A stretch of 64,000 nucleotides of DNA from Rhodoferax sp. (GCF_011391645.1 NZ_JAABQC010000002.1:726-64725); one strand, 5' to 3'; positions 52,345 to 63,955 are shown, numbered from the stretch's first letter. Translations and numbers: made by a program. The notes: generated from the sequence alone by a model not told the origin.

Positions 52345-53025
52345 ATGACTGAACTGCTGCCCCATATCCAGATTGACACCACCCCCAACCCTGGCGCCGC
52401 CGTGATCTGGCTGCATGGCCTGGGGGCTGACGGCAACGACTTTGCCGGACTGGTGCCCGAGCTTGACCTTTCGGGCTGCCCCGGCATCCGCTTTATCTTT
52501 CCGCACGCACCCAGCATGCCTGTCACCATCAATGGCGGCTACGTCATGCCCGCCTGGTATGACATTCGCGGCGCTGACCTCACCAGTCGCCAGGATGAGC
52601 CGGGAATTCGCGTGTCAGAAAAGGCGATCACAGCACTGCTTGAGCGTGAAATCGCACGCGGCATTCCTGCCAAAAACATTGTGCTTGCGGGTTTTTCACA
52701 AGGCAGTGCCATGGCCTTGCACACCGGGCTGCGCTTTCCCGCGCCACTGGCAGGGATCATGGCCTTGTCTGGCTACCTGCCGCTGGCGGACCGTTTTCCC
52801 GCCGAGCGATCCCATGCCAATGCCGACACGCCCATCTTCATGGCGCACGGCAGCCAGGACCCGGTGGTGGTGCCGGCGCGCGGCGAGGCCAGCCGCGACC
52901 TGCTGAAAGCTTCGGGTTACAACGTGGCTTGGCACATTTACCCCATGCCACACAGCGTGCATCCGCGCGAAGTGGCTGATATTTCCGTCTTTTTGACCCG
53001 GGTGCTGGCGCCTAAAGTGGCCTGA
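52345..53025 (+). CDS. Carboxylesterase / phospholipase (alpha/beta hydrolase, YpfH/EstB-like)
   Basis: WLHGLGADG, AWYDI, GFSQG (Ser), DPVV (Asp) and HSV (His). Confidence 0.9.
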   Translation: MTELLPHIQIDTTPNPGAAVIWLHGLGADGNDFAGLVPELDLSGCPGIRFIFPHAPSMPVTINGGYVMPAWYDIRGADLTSRQDEPGIRVSEKAITALLEREIARGIPAKNIVLAGFSQGSAMALHTGLRFPAPLAGIMALSGYLPLADRFPAERSHANADTPIFMAHGSQDPVVVPARGEASRDLLKASGYNVAWHIYPMPHSVHPREVADISVFLTRVLAPKVA

Positions 53026-53154
53026 AAGCAACCCCCCACAGCCTGGTTTTGGCAGGTTGCGCAACTTTGACTTGAAAAACGTGAAAATAGCGCATGCTTC
53101 CCTGATGAGCGTGTGTTCCATCAGCAACGATCAACTTAACCCTCTGACAACTTT

Positions 53155-54369
53155 ATGGCAACCGAAAAAAAATCCATCAAGGAATTTGTTTATGAGTGGG
53201 AGGGTAAAGACCGCAATGGCAAACAGGTGCGGGGCGAAACCCGTGCGGGTGGTGAAAACCAGGTGCGGGCTGGTTTGCGTCGCCAGGGTGTCACACCCAT
53301 CAAGATTAAAAAGAGGCGCATGGGTTCAACCAAATCCATCAAGCCCAAAGACATGGCCATTTTTACGCGCCAACTCGCCACCATGATGAAAGCCGGCGTG
53401 CCGCTGTTGCAGGCGTTTGACATTGTTGGCCGCGGCAACCCCAACCCGAGCGTGACCCGCCTGCTCAATGACATTCGCAATGACGTCGAGACCGGCACCT
53501 CGCTGAGCATGGCATTTCGCAAGTACCCGCTGTACTTTGACAACCTGTACTGCAACTTGGTCGAGGCCGGTGAAGCCGCCGGTATCCTGGACCAATTGCT
53601 GGATCGGCTGGCGGTGTACATGGAAAAAACCGAGGCCATGAAATCCAAGATCAAATCAGCCCTGATGTACCCCATCTCGGTGCTGGTGGTGGCCTTTGTG
53701 GTCACCGCGGTGATCATGATTTTTGTGGTGCCTGCGTTCAAGGAAGTGTTTTCCAATTTTGGTGCCGACCTGCCGGCGCCAACCCTGGCAGTGATCGCCA
53801 TCAGTGAGATTTTTGTGCAGTACTGGTGGCTGATTTTTGGTGGCCTCGGCGGCGGTGTGTATTTCTTTATGCAAGCCTGGCGGCGCAACAGAAAGATGCA
53901 GCTTGTGATGGATCGCATCATGCTGAAACTGCCGATTTTTGGAACCCTGGTCGAAAAGTCGTGCATTGCCCGCTGGACGCGCACCCTGTCGACCATGTTT
54001 GCTGCCGGCGTGCCACTGGTGGAAGCGCTGGACTCGGTGGGGGGGGCTTCAGGCAACTCGGTGTTTGAAGTGGCCACGGTCAAGATTCAGCAGGAGGTCT
54101 CCACCGGCACCGCCCTCACCGCAGCCATGACCAACGTCAACCTGTTCCCCTCCATGGTGCTGCAGATGTGCGCCATTGGCGAAGAATCCGGCTCCATCGA
54201 CCATATGCTGGGCAAGGCGGCCGACTTTTATGAGTCGGAGGTGGACGACATGGTGGCGGGTATCTCGAGCCTGATGGAGCCCATCATCATCGTGATTCTG
54301 GGCACCGTCATTGGCGGCATCGTGGTGGCCATGTACCTGCCCATTTTCAAACTCGGACAGGTGGTCTGA
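53155..54369 (+). CDS. pilC: Type IV pilus inner-membrane platform protein
   Basis: FTRQLATMMKAGVPL, AGEAAG, KSALMYP and MYLPIFKLG motifs. Confidence 0.9.
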   Translation: MATEKKSIKEFVYEWEGKDRNGKQVRGETRAGGENQVRAGLRRQGVTPIKIKKRRMGSTKSIKPKDMAIFTRQLATMMKAGVPLLQAFDIVGRGNPNPSVTRLLNDIRNDVETGTSLSMAFRKYPLYFDNLYCNLVEAGEAAGILDQLLDRLAVYMEKTEAMKSKIKSALMYPISVLVVAFVVTAVIMIFVVPAFKEVFSNFGADLPAPTLAVIAISEIFVQYWWLIFGGLGGGVYFFMQAWRRNRKMQLVMDRIMLKLPIFGTLVEKSCIARWTRTLSTMFAAGVPLVEALDSVGGASGNSVFEVATVKIQQEVSTGTALTAAMTNVNLFPSMVLQMCAIGEESGSIDHMLGKAADFYESEVDDMVAGISSLMEPIIIVILGTVIGGIVVAMYLPIFKLGQVV

Positions 54370-55211
54370 TGAGTGGATCCCCCGCAGTGGATGCCGGCTT
54401 GCTGGGCATTCTGGGTTTGTTGATCGGCAGCTTTCTCAACGTGGTCATTTACCGTTTGCCAGTCATCCTCGAGGCCCAATGGAAGGCCGAATGCGCCGAG
54501 TTGCAAGGTCACACCGAGCCCGTGTCTGAACGGTTCAATTTGCTGGTTCCGCGCTCGCGCTGTCAAAGTTGCGGGCACCAGCTCAGCTGGCATGAAAACA
54601 TTCCCGTGCTGAGCTACCTGATGCTGCGCGGTCGATGTGGCCATTGCCAGGCCTGCATCAGCCCGCGTTATCCCCTGGTTGAGCTGGTCACGGGGCTTTT
54701 GTTTTTGTGGTGTGGCTGGCATTTTGGGGCCAACGCAACCGGTCTGGCGTGGAGTTTCTTCAGCGCCACCCTGCTGGCATTGACCCTGATTGACTGGGAC
54801 ACCACCCTGTTGCCCGACGACATGACGCTGCCGCTGTTGTGGGCGGGCCTGATGGCGGCCGCCCTGCATCTGACCCCGATCGGACTCAACGACGCCTTCT
54901 GGGGCGCAGTGGCGGGCTATCTGTCGCTCTGGCTGGTGTACTGGGGCTTCAAACTGGCGACGGGCAAAGAGGGCATGGGCTACGGCGACTTCAAGCTCTT
55001 CGCAGCCCTGGGTGCCTGGTTTGGCTGGCAAGGGCTCATTCCCATGATTTTGATGGCGTCCGTGATTGGTGCCGTGGTGGGTATCGGCATGAAATTCGCA
55101 AAAAACCTGCGGGAGGGCGGTTATGTGCCATTTGGTCCATTTTTGTCTGCTGCCGGCCTGACCGCGATGGTGGCTGGCCCCGACGCCATTCTCAAGATCG
55201 TCGGGTTATAG
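54369..55211 (+). CDS. pilD: Prepilin peptidase / N-methyltransferase
   Basis: GSFLNVVIYRLP, two CxxC motifs, IDWDTTLLPD, GMGYGDFKL and PFGPFL. Confidence 0.95.
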   Translation: MSGSPAVDAGLLGILGLLIGSFLNVVIYRLPVILEAQWKAECAELQGHTEPVSERFNLLVPRSRCQSCGHQLSWHENIPVLSYLMLRGRCGHCQACISPRYPLVELVTGLLFLWCGWHFGANATGLAWSFFSATLLALTLIDWDTTLLPDDMTLPLLWAGLMAAALHLTPIGLNDAFWGAVAGYLSLWLVYWGFKLATGKEGMGYGDFKLFAALGAWFGWQGLIPMILMASVIGAVVGIGMKFAKNLREGGYVPFGPFLSAAGLTAMVAGPDAILKIVGL

Positions 55212-55214
55212 AAC

Positions 55215-55841
55215 GTGCAAACGTCGTTCCATGTCGGGCTAACGGGCGGCATTGGCAGCGGAAAAAGTACCGTGGCGGCCCTTTTGGCCCAACACGGCGC
55301 GACGGTCATTGATGCCGACGCCATCGCTCGGCAACTCACGGCATCGGGTGGCGCGGCCATTGCCGCCATTGCCCAACAATTTGGCGCTGACTTCATCACC
55401 GCTGACGGGGCCATGAACCGCGACCGGATGCGCGCCCTGGCCTTTGCCGACAGCCATGCCAAGCAGCAACTGGAGGCCATCATCCACCCGCTGGTGGGCG
55501 CAGAAACCAGGCGCCGGGCGCAAGTCGCACAGGCAGCCGGTCATGCCTGCGTGGTCTTTGATGTGCCCTTGCTGGTGGAGTCAGTCAGCTGGCGCCAGAA
55601 AGTGGACCATGTGCTGGTGGTGGACTGCCTGGTGGAAACACAAATTTTGCGGGTGATGGCGCGCAATGCAATGTTGCGTGCGACGGTCGAATCCATCGTT
55701 GCCCAACAAAGCAGTCGTCAACGCCGATTGAAGGCGGCCGACAGTGTGATCTTCAACGACACCTTGTCGCTGGAGGGTTTGGGGCTGGAGGTTGCTGCCC
55801 TCGCACCGCGCTTGCGGCTATCATTGGACTTTAGCTCTTGA
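55215..55841 (+). CDS. coaE: Dephospho-CoA kinase
   Basis: GLTGGIGSGKS, DADAIA, LEAIIHP and DVPLLVE motifs. Confidence 0.95.
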   Translation: MQTSFHVGLTGGIGSGKSTVAALLAQHGATVIDADAIARQLTASGGAAIAAIAQQFGADFITADGAMNRDRMRALAFADSHAKQQLEAIIHPLVGAETRRRAQVAQAAGHACVVFDVPLLVESVSWRQKVDHVLVVDCLVETQILRVMARNAMLRATVESIVAQQSSRQRRLKAADSVIFNDTLSLEGLGLEVAALAPRLRLSLDFSS

Positions 55842-55857
55842 CCCACCGAACCTAAGC

Positions 55858-56613
55858 GTGATCCTCTACGAATACCCCTTGCAAGAACGCATTCGCACCT
55901 ATTTGCGACTGGAGCACCTGTTCATCCGCCTGCAGCAGTTACTGCCAAGGGTCGATGCCATGGACCACCATTTTGCGCTGGCAACCTTGTTCGAAATCCT
56001 GGAAGTGACCAGCCGGGCCGACCTCAAATCGGATTTGCTCAAGGACCTGGACAAGCAAAAGCACGCACTTGATGTCTACCGTGGCAACCCGGCCATTGCC
56101 GAATCGGTTCTGGATGAGGTCATCGGCAGGCTTGACCGGAGTTTCGAAGCCCTGAACAACCTGCCTGGCAAGGCAGGTCAGAGTTTGACCGAAAACGATT
56201 GGCTGATGGGCATCCGAAGCCGCATTGTCATACCGGGGGGCACCTGCAGTTTTGACTTGCCCTCCTACCATGCCTGGCAGCACAAGCCCAGCGACATCCG
56301 GCAAGCCCAATTAAGTCAATGGGCCTTGTCCCTGGCGCCGCTGGTCGAGGCGGTGCAATTGCTGCTCAAACTGTTGCGTGACTCTGGCGCGCCGCAAAAG
56401 GTGGTTGCCAACGGTGGCCAATTTCAGCAAAGCCTGCCGCAAGGACGCACCTTTTTGCTGCTGCGTCTGGCACTCGATGAAGCCCTTGAAATGGTGCCGG
56501 AAATCAGCGGCAACCGGCTGATGGTGTCAGTGCGGTTGATGCATCAAAGTGACGACAACCGCCTTCAGTCCGTCACTGAAGACGTGAACTTTGAACTGGC
56601 TTTGTGTGCATGA
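55858..56613 (+). CDS. zapD: Cell division protein ZapD
   Basis: VILYEYPLQERIRTYLRLE, IPGGTCSFDLP and PEISGNR; lies between coaE and yacG. Confidence 0.9.
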   Translation: MILYEYPLQERIRTYLRLEHLFIRLQQLLPRVDAMDHHFALATLFEILEVTSRADLKSDLLKDLDKQKHALDVYRGNPAIAESVLDEVIGRLDRSFEALNNLPGKAGQSLTENDWLMGIRSRIVIPGGTCSFDLPSYHAWQHKPSDIRQAQLSQWALSLAPLVEAVQLLLKLLRDSGAPQKVVANGGQFQQSLPQGRTFLLLRLALDEALEMVPEISGNRLMVSVRLMHQSDDNRLQSVTEDVNFELALCA

Positions 56614-56616
56614 GCC

Positions 56617-56814
56617 ATGCCTGACAGCAAGACGACCTTTCCCACAAAAATCGTGATCTGTCCCGGTTGTGGCGGTGCCAGTGTCTATTCGGCCAGCAAC
56701 CCTTATCGCCCGTTTTGCAGTGACCGCTGCAAACAGATTGACCTGGGCGCCTGGGCCAGCGAGCAGTTTGCCGTGCCTGCCGTGGCACCCCCGAAAGATT
56801 TTTTGCCCGACTGA
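56617..56814 (+). CDS. yacG: DNA gyrase inhibitor YacG
   Basis: CPGC...RPFCSDRCKQIDLGAWA. Confidence 0.9.
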   Translation: MPDSKTTFPTKIVICPGCGGASVYSASNPYRPFCSDRCKQIDLGAWASEQFAVPAVAPPKDFLPD

Positions 56815-56823
56815 AGCCAGGCT

Positions 56824-57291
56824 CTAAGCGCCGCGCTCCTCAGCCAGCCACTGCAGCACCGGCACGGTGCCGGGCAGCACCGGGCTCACCGACACCGGCA
56901 AACGCTGCCAGGCAAACGACTGGGCCTCGCGCATTTGCAGTTCACCCGTCCAATGCCACACCTTGCAAAAATGCAGGCGCACCAGCGCGTGCGGGTAGTC
57001 CACCAACTCCTGCCGCCAAGGCTCGATCTGGTCAACGTGAATACCCAGCTCTTCGTGCAACTCGCGTTGCAGCGCCTGTTGCACCGACTCACCCGGTTCA
57101 AACTTGCCCCCAGGAAACTCCCAGTAACCGGCATAGACTTTTCCCGCCGGGCGGGAGGTCAATAAAAAATCACCCCCTGGTTGGATCAACACCCCAACGG
57201 CCACATCCACCATGGCCCGGTCTGCGCCACCGGTGCGCGGCTCGGCCGCATCCGCCACCAGGGGTGTTGCCGGGTCGCGTGATGAGGTCAT
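56824..57291 (-). CDS. NUDIX hydrolase, MutT-like
   Basis: RPAGKVYAGYWEFPGGKFEPGE and RELHEELG; ATG overlaps the upstream stop. Confidence 0.85.
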   Translation of the reverse strand: MTSSRDPATPLVADAAEPRTGGADRAMVDVAVGVLIQPGGDFLLTSRPAGKVYAGYWEFPGGKFEPGESVQQALQRELHEELGIHVDQIEPWRQELVDYPHALVRLHFCKVWHWTGELQMREAQSFAWQRLPVSVSPVLPGTVPVLQWLAEERGA

Positions 57292-58166
57292 GCGCCCAAC
57301 GCGTGCTGGCCGGCGTAGTCGCGGGCAAACTGGTAGGCCACGCGGCCACTGCGCGAGCCCCGCTCCAGCGCCCATACCAGCGACTGCCCGCGCGCGGCCT
57401 CAATCGCAGGCGCAGGCACACCAAACGAGGCCAGCCACTGGGCCACGATGGTCAGGTATTCGTCCTGCGAAAACGGGTAAAAGCTCACCCACAGGCCAAA
57501 GCGCTCGGACAACGATATCTTTTCTTCCACGCCCTCGCCCGGATGCACCTCGCCGTCATCGGTGTGGGTGTAGGTGAGGTTTTCTCTCATGTATTCGGGC
57601 AGCAAATGGCGCCGGTTGCTGGTGGCATAAATCAGCACATTGGCGGTGGTCGCAGCCACCGAGCCGTCCAGAATCGACTTGAGCGCCTTGTAGCCGGACT
57701 CACCTTCGTCAAAGCTCAGGTCATCACAAAAGACGATGAATTTGTACGGTTGTTCAGACACCAGATCAACAATATCAGGCAGGTCGATCAGATCGGCCTT
57801 GTCCACCTCGATCAGGCGCAGGCCCCGGGCGGCAAATTCGTTGAGACAGGCGCGGATCAGGGACGACTTGCCAGTGCCGCGGGCGCCGGTCAGCAGCACA
57901 TTGTTGGCCGGCTGACCATTGACAAATTGCAGGGTGTTGCGCCGGATTTTTTCTTTTTGCGGCTCAATTTCTTTCAGGTCGGTCAGGGCCATGGCGCCTA
58001 CATGGCGCACTGGCTCCAGCGTGGCCCGGCCAGAGCTGCGTTTGCGGTAGCGAAACGCGCTGGAAGCCGTCCAGTCGGGCTGACCGGGCGCCTGCGGCAG
58101 CACGGCCTCAATGCGGCTGATCAGTTGCTCGGCGCGCTGCAACAAGTGCTCAAAACCGGGGTTCAT
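57288..58166 (-). CDS. DUF815-type AAA+ ATPase
   Basis: [31 protein letters not shown] and [12 protein letters not shown] motifs. Confidence 0.9.
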   Translation of the reverse strand: MNPGFEHLLQRAEQLISRIEAVLPQAPGQPDWTASSAFRYRKRSSGRATLEPVRHVGAMALTDLKEIEPQKEKIRRNTLQFVNGQPANNVLLTGARGTGKSSLIRACLNEFAARGLRLIEVDKADLIDLPDIVDLVSEQPYKFIVFCDDLSFDEGESGYKALKSILDGSVAATTANVLIYATSNRRHLLPEYMRENLTYTHTDDGEVHPGEGVEEKISLSERFGLWVSFYPFSQDEYLTIVAQWLASFGVPAPAIEAARGQSLVWALERGSRSGRVAYQFARDYAGQHALGA

Positions 58167-59392
58167 GAACGGTAATCAGCGTTGATCGAGACATAGTCGT
58201 GGCTCAAGTCACAGGTCCACACGGTATCTACCGCCTCACCCCGGCCCAATGCAACCTGCACCGTGATCTCGGCCTGCTTCATGACACGCTGACCGTCTTC
58301 CTCGCGGTAGTCCGGATTGCGCCCGCCCTTGACCGCCACCAGCACGTCGTCCAGATACAGATCAATGCCGGTCTGATCCAGGTCGGCAATGCCCGCATAA
58401 CCCACCGCAGCCAGAATCCGGCCCAGATTGGGGTCACTCGCGAAAAACGCGGTCTTGACCAGGGGCGAGTGGGCAATGGCGTACGCCACCTGGCGGCACT
58501 CGGCCTGTGTCCTGCCGCCTTCAACCCTGATGGTGATGAACTTGGTGGCACCTTCGCCATCGCGCACTATGGCTTGCGCCAGATTGCGGGCCACGCCAAG
58601 CATGGCGGCCCTGAGCACCTGGCCAGCCGCGCTGTCCAGCGACGTGATCGGCGCATGCGCTGCCTGGTTGGTGGCAATGACCACAAACGAGTCATTGGTC
58701 GAGGTGTCGCCATCCACCGTGACGCGGTTGAACGAGCCCTCGGCCAGTTCCAGCGCCAGTTGCTGCATCAGGCCCGGACTCACACAGGCATCAGTGGCCA
58801 TGAAGCCCAGCATGGTGGCCATGTTGGGGCGGATCATGCCGGCCCCCTTGCTGATACCGGTGATGCTGACCGGCACGCCGTCAAGCATCACCTGCCCGCC
58901 AAACGCTTTGGGCACGGTGTCGGTGGTCATGATGGCTTCGCTGGCACGCAACCAGTTGTCGGCTTTGGCGTCGGCAATCGCGGCGTCCAGACCGGCTTCG
59001 ATGCGCTCCACCGGCAGGGTCTCCATGATCACTCCCGTGGAAAATGGCAGCACTTGCTGCTCTGACAATCCCAGCCGACTGGCCAGCGCCTGGCAGGTGC
59101 TGGTCGCGCGGGCGCGGCCGTCCGCACCGGTGCCGGCATTGGCGTTGCCAGTGTTGATCAGCATGGCGCGAATGCCCTGGCTGGAGGCAAGGTGCTCCCG
59201 GCAAATTTGCACTGGCGCGGCGCAAAAGCGGTTTTGCGTGAAGACACCGGCCACTGACGCGCCCTCGTCAATCAGCACCACCGTGAGGTCTTTGCGATTG
59301 GCCTTGCGAATTCCTGCTTCAGTGACGCCGATGCGCACGCCGGCAATAGGAAACAACTCAGCAGGGTTGGGAGCAGACAGGTGAACGGCCAT
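58163..59392 (-). CDS. argJ: Bifunctional ornithine acetyltransferase / N-acetylglutamate synthase
   Basis: [40 protein letters not shown] and DGEGATK motifs. Confidence 0.95.
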   Translation of the reverse strand: MAVHLSAPNPAELFPIAGVRIGVTEAGIRKANRKDLTVVLIDEGASVAGVFTQNRFCAAPVQICREHLASSQGIRAMLINTGNANAGTGADGRARATSTCQALASRLGLSEQQVLPFSTGVIMETLPVERIEAGLDAAIADAKADNWLRASEAIMTTDTVPKAFGGQVMLDGVPVSITGISKGAGMIRPNMATMLGFMATDACVSPGLMQQLALELAEGSFNRVTVDGDTSTNDSFVVIATNQAAHAPITSLDSAAGQVLRAAMLGVARNLAQAIVRDGEGATKFITIRVEGGRTQAECRQVAYAIAHSPLVKTAFFASDPNLGRILAAVGYAGIADLDQTGIDLYLDDVLVAVKGGRNPDYREEDGQRVMKQAEITVQVALGRGEAVDTVWTCDLSHDYVSINADYRS

Positions 59393-59478
59393 GGGGTGCT
59401 TTCAGGGAACAATGAACGGGTACAAATTTTGATCGAAAAAAATCGGGCACGGAGCCCGATTTTGCTACTTCAGAAGAA

Positions 59479-62223
59479 TCAGGCCAGCTTGCCGTGGCAA
59501 TGCTTGTACTTCTTGCCACTGCCGCAGGGGCAGGGCTCGTTGCGGCCCACGCGGGGCACTTCCAGCGGCATCGTGGTTTCATCGATCTTGATTTCCACTC
59601 CCCCGGTCTCGGTGGGCGCGCTGTAGGTGACGTTGCTGATGCGTTCGGCGCGGTTTTCCAGTTCGGCGGCGGCCGCTGCGGCCTCCTCGTTGGATTGGAT
59701 GCGCACCGTCATCAGGATTTTGGTGACGTCGTTTTTGACGGCATCGAGCATCTGGCCAAAAAGCTCAAAGGCTTCACGCTTGTATTCCTGCTTGGGCTGC
59801 TTCTGTGCGTAGCCGCGCAGGTGGATGCCCTGGCGCAGGTAGTCGAGCGAACTCAGGTGGTCGCGCCAGTTGCTGTCGATGCTTTGCAACAGCACCATGC
59901 GCTCAAACTGGGTAAAGTTCTCATTGCCCACCAAGGCGACCTTGGCTTCAAACACGGCGTTGGCATGGGCGCGCACGGTGTCAAGAATGTCGTGGTCGGT
60001 GATGGCGCTGGCGGCGCTAACCTGGTGCTGCAGCGGCAAAGTCATCTGCCATTCATCCGACAACACCCGCTCCAGCGCCGGCAGTTCCCACTGCTCTTCC
60101 ACCGACTCGACCGGCACGTACTGGCGCACGACGTCTTCAAAGCAACCCTCGCGCAACGACTGGATCTGCGCCGACAGGTCGGTCGCGTCCAGAATCTCGT
60201 TGCGCTGCTGGTAAATCACCTTGCGCTGGTCGTTGGCCACGTCGTCGTATTCGAGCAGTTGCTTGCGCATGTCAAAGTTGCGCGCCTCCACCTTGCGCTG
60301 GGCGCTCTCAATGCTGCGCGTCACCATGCCCGCCTCAATGGCTTCGCCCTCAGGCATCTTGAGCTTGTCCATGATCGCCTTGACCCGCTCACCGGCAAAG
60401 ATGCGCATCAGCGCGTCATCCAGGCTCAGGTAAAAGCGCGACGAGCCCGGGTCGCCCTGGCGGCCCGAGCGCCCGCGCAACTGGTTGTCAATACGGCGCG
60501 ATTCATGGCGCTCGGTGGCGATAATGCGCAAGCCGCCCAGCGCCGTCACCTGGGCGTGGTCCTTGGCCCACTGGGCGTTCAGGGCATCAAGCTTCTGCTG
60601 CTTCTGCGCGGCATCGAGCGACTCGTCAGCCTCGATCTCCCCGATGGTTTTGCTGATGTTGCCACCCAGCACAATGTCGGTGCCGCGGCCCGCCATGTTG
60701 GTGGCAATGGTGATCATCTTGGCGCGGCCCGCCTGCGCCACGATGTCGGCCTCACGGGCGTGCTGCTTGGCGTTGAGCACCTGGTGCGGTAGCTTGGCTT
60801 TTTCCAGCAGATCGGCAATCAGCTCGGAATTTTCGATCGAGGTGGTGCCCACCAGCACCGGCTGGCCGCGCTCGTAACACTCGCGAATGTCCTGAATGGC
60901 GGCATCGTATTTTTCTTTGGTGGTCTTGTAGACCCGGTCAAGCTGGTCGTCACGGCGGCTCGGCTTGTTGGGCGGCATGACCACCGTTTCCAGACCATAA
61001 ATCTCCTGGAATTCATAGGCTTCGGTGTCGGCGGTGCCGGTCATGCCGGCCAGCTTGCCGTACAACCGGAAGTAGTTCTGAAAGGTGATCGACGCCATGG
61101 TCTGGTTTTCGGGCTGGATCGCCACGCCTTCCTTGGCTTCCACCGCCTGGTGCAGGCCCTCGCTCCAGCGCCGCCCGCTCATCAGGCGCCCGGTAAACTC
61201 GTCCACAATCACCACCTCGCCGGCCTGCACCACGTAATGCTGGTCGCGCAGGTACAAGTGGTTGGCACGCAGCGCGGCGTATAAATGGTGCATCAGCGTG
61301 ATGTTGGCCGGGTCGTACAGGCTGGCGCCCTCAGAAAGCAGGCCCATCTCAAACAAAATCCGTTCAGCGTTTTCATGGCCACGCTCAGTCATGAACACCT
61401 GACGGGTTTTTTCGTCGATGGTGAAGTCACCCTCCTTGATGATGCCCTCGCCGGTCCGCGGATCGGCCTCGCCCTGCTGCTGCTCCAGCTGTGGCACGAT
61501 GCGATTGATTGCCGCATACCTGTCAGTCTGGTCTTCGGCCTGACCGCTGATGATGAGCGGGGTGCGCGCCTCGTCGATCAGAATCGAGTCCACCTCGTCA
61601 ACGATGGCGTAGTTCAGGCCGCGCTGCACCCGATCGCCGGCCTCATAGACCATGTTGTCGCGCAGGTAGTCAAAACCATACTCGTTGTTGGTGCCGTAGG
61701 TGATGTCGGAGCGGTAGGCCGCCTGTTTTTCCTCGCGCGACATATTGGGCAGGTTGATGCCCACCGACAAGCCCAAAAAGTTGTACAGCTTGCCCATCCA
61801 CTGGGCGTCACGATTGGCCAGGTAGTCATTGACCGTCACCACATGCACGCCATTGCCGGTCAGGGCATTGAGATAAACGGGCAAAGTGGCGGTCAGGGTT
61901 TTACCCTCACCGGTGCCCATTTCTGAAATCTTGCCGTTGTGCAGTGACATGCCGCCGAGCAGTTGCACGTCAAACGGGCGCATTTTCATGACCCGCTTGG
62001 ATCCCTCACGCACCACCGCAAAAGCTTCCGGCAGCAACGCATCGAGCGTTTCACCCTTGGCCAACCGGTCCTTGAAAACCTCGGTTTTGGCGCGCAAGTC
62101 GGCATCAGGGAGCTTCTCAAGGCCGGCTTCCAGGGCATTGATTTTGACTACCGTGTTGCGGTATTTTTTGATCAGGCGGTCGTTGCGACTGCCGAAAATT
62201 TTGGTGAGAAACGTGATGGGCAT
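59479..62223 (-). CDS. secA: Preprotein translocase subunit SecA
   Basis: [41 protein letters not shown] and the C-terminal SEC-C motif; true start is probably ATG 62223. Confidence 0.95.
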   Translation of the reverse strand: MPITFLTKIFGSRNDRLIKKYRNTVVKINALEAGLEKLPDADLRAKTEVFKDRLAKGETLDALLPEAFAVVREGSKRVMKMRPFDVQLLGGMSLHNGKISEMGTGEGKTLTATLPVYLNALTGNGVHVVTVNDYLANRDAQWMGKLYNFLGLSVGINLPNMSREEKQAAYRSDITYGTNNEYGFDYLRDNMVYEAGDRVQRGLNYAIVDEVDSILIDEARTPLIISGQAEDQTDRYAAINRIVPQLEQQQGEADPRTGEGIIKEGDFTIDEKTRQVFMTERGHENAERILFEMGLLSEGASLYDPANITLMHHLYAALRANHLYLRDQHYVVQAGEVVIVDEFTGRLMSGRRWSEGLHQAVEAKEGVAIQPENQTMASITFQNYFRLYGKLAGMTGTADTEAYEFQEIYGLETVVMPPNKPSRRDDQLDRVYKTTKEKYDAAIQDIRECYERGQPVLVGTTSIENSELIADLLEKAKLPHQVLNAKQHAREADIVAQAGRAKMITIATNMAGRGTDIVLGGNISKTIGEIEADESLDAAQKQQKLDALNAQWAKDHAQVTALGGLRIIATERHESRRIDNQLRGRSGRQGDPGSSRFYLSLDDALMRIFAGERVKAIMDKLKMPEGEAIEAGMVTRSIESAQRKVEARNFDMRKQLLEYDDVANDQRKVIYQQRNEILDATDLSAQIQSLREGCFEDVVRQYVPVESVEEQWELPALERVLSDEWQMTLPLQHQVSAASAITDHDILDTVRAHANAVFEAKVALVGNENFTQFERMVLLQSIDSNWRDHLSSLDYLRQGIHLRGYAQKQPKQEYKREAFELFGQMLDAVKNDVTKILMTVRIQSNEEAAAAAAELENRAERISNVTYSAPTETGGVEIKIDETTMPLEVPRVGRNEPCPCGSGKKYKHCHGKLA

Positions 62224-62492
62224 GAATACAGGGCGTGCAGCCTGACCCACCTGGGTCAAACATGCGGCGCTATCCTTTTTTACGAACTGACTTGAATGGG
62301 GAACAGCGCAACGAAAATCAAAATGTCGCCAAACACTGTTCAAAATGATGATTTTACCCGCGCCGCGAGCAGGCTCGCCAACCGCGTGATGGAGCGGCCA
62401 ACGGGCGGGCGGGCACCGGGCAAACGCCCGCCCCATAATTTGACTGGCGGTGCATCCGTGATAATCGCGCGCATCTGCCATCTCCCCATCAA

Positions 62493-62813
62493 ATGAACCG
62501 ACGCCAGCCCTCAGTCACTTTGCTGCAAGCCAGCCAGAGCAACGCCAGTCTGGCAAAACTGATGGAGCTGAGCCGTGCCTCCAGGGCGCGCCTTGACGCC
62601 ATCACCGAGTTGATTCCGGAGACGCTCCGCGCCCAAGTGACCGCAGGTCCCTTGAACGAAGGCGCTTGGTGCCTGTTGCTCAGCAACACCACCACCGCCG
62701 CCAAATTGCGCCAACTGCTTCCCGCTTTTGAGGCGCATCTGCGGGTGCACGGCCTTGAGGTCAAAAGCATCCGGCTCAAAGTCAGCGGTGCCAGTGGCTC
62801 GGGCCGGTATTGA
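62493..62813 (+). CDS. DciA / DUF721-like protein
   Basis: Short ORF divergent from secA; AAKLRQLLP motif and strand-helix pattern. Confidence 0.6.
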   Translation: MNRRQPSVTLLQASQSNASLAKLMELSRASRARLDAITELIPETLRAQVTAGPLNEGAWCLLLSNTTTAAKLRQLLPAFEAHLRVHGLEVKSIRLKVSGASGSGRY

Positions 62814-62839
62814 CGCAGGCTTCCTGTCGCCCGAACCAA

Positions 62840-63955
62840 CTAAAGCAAGGCACCGCGCGCTGCGATCGGCCAGATCGCCTCCACGCGGTCGCCCCGGATG
62901 CACACCAGTTCGTCATACAGGTTGACCGTGGGGTCGCAATGCCCGGGCACCAGCATCAGTGCGTCACCAAGCGCCAACGGCGAATTCGCTGGCAGCTCCA
63001 GCACACCATGCTCGTCGGCAGCTTTCAAGTACTTGAGTTCCGGACGCTGCCAAACCGCGGGCATGCCTGAATCAACACTGGAGGCCTTCAGTCCCGCATC
63101 CAGGACCGCGCGGGTTGGCTGCGTGCGACTCAACACGGCGCTGCGCACAAACAGCGCATGCTCGAAGCGCACGTCCTGTGGTCCCAACTGGTTGTCGTCA
63201 TAGTCGCGGTCCATGAAGATGTAAGAACCCGCCTGGATTTCGTTGAAGACACCCGAGTCGCGCTCCAGCAGAAAGGTACCGGTACCCGCGCCGGTGATGC
63301 GCTCCACCTGCAGGCCATCGGCCTCAATCAGCGCGCGGCTGAGCGTGGCGGCATCACAAGCCTGGGCAATCGCCTGCGCCCGCTCCAGCGGTGTGCGCTG
63401 GTGCTGCGCTGCGCCGTGGTAGCACTGCAGCCCGGCAAAGCGCAACGGCGGGTGGTCTGCGATCAGGCGCGCCAGGCGGGCGGCGGCTGTGCCGGGCGCC
63501 ACGCCACAGCGGCGCCCGCCCACCTCCACCTCGACATAGACATCGATGGCCACGCCCTGGCTGCGCGCCACCTCGGCCAGCGCCAGCACCTGCAGCGGGT
63601 CGTCCACCAGCACGCCCATGCGCGCGCGCCGGGCCAGCTCCGCCAGGTGCAGCAGCTTGGTCGTGCCCACCAGTTGATTGGTCAGCAGCACATCGTCAAT
63701 GCCGGCATCGACAAACACGGCGGCTTCACTGACTTTTTGACAGCAAATGCCAATGGCGCCCAGCGCAATCTGGCGGCGCGCAATCTCGGGGCATTTGTGG
63801 CTTTTGGCATGGGCGCGCAGTCGCACCGGGTGGCCCCTGAGCGCGTCTGCCATGCGCTGCAGGTTGCGTTCAAAAGCGTCCAGGTCGAGCACCAGCGCGG
63901 GGGTGTCAATGGCGCTGACAGGATCGCCCACTTGGGCAGCTTGCCAGGGCGCCAT
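62840..63955 (-). CDS. DSD1-family fold-type III PLP enzyme (D-threonine aldolase / D-serine dehydratase-like)
   Basis: DTPALVLD, RAHAKSHK (PLP Lys), CCQK, QAGSYIFMD, DAGLK and PGHCDPTVN motifs. Confidence 0.85.
   Translation of the reverse strand: MAPWQAAQVGDPVSAIDTPALVLDLDAFERNLQRMADALRGHPVRLRAHAKSHKCPEIARRQIALGAIGICCQKVSEAAVFVDAGIDDVLLTNQLVGTTKLLHLAELARRARMGVLVDDPLQVLALAEVARSQGVAIDVYVEVEVGGRRCGVAPGTAAARLARLIADHPPLRFAGLQCYHGAAQHQRTPLERAQAIAQACDAATLSRALIEADGLQVERITGAGTGTFLLERDSGVFNEIQAGSYIFMDRDYDDNQLGPQDVRFEHALFVRSAVLSRTQPTRAVLDAGLKASSVDSGMPAVWQRPELKYLKAADEHGVLELPANSPLALGDALMLVPGHCDPTVNLYDELVCIRGDRVEAIWPIAARGALL

Noticed and set aside
53044-53062. Sigma54 promoter upstream of pilC (TGGCA...TTGC)
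   Set aside because: The GG-to-GC spacing does not fit the strict -24/-12 geometry.
62224-62481. 86-aa N-terminal extension of SecA in the ORF track
   Set aside because: Homology begins at [14 protein letters not shown], and the extension has no SecA-like features; kept only as a low-interest finding on the spacer.
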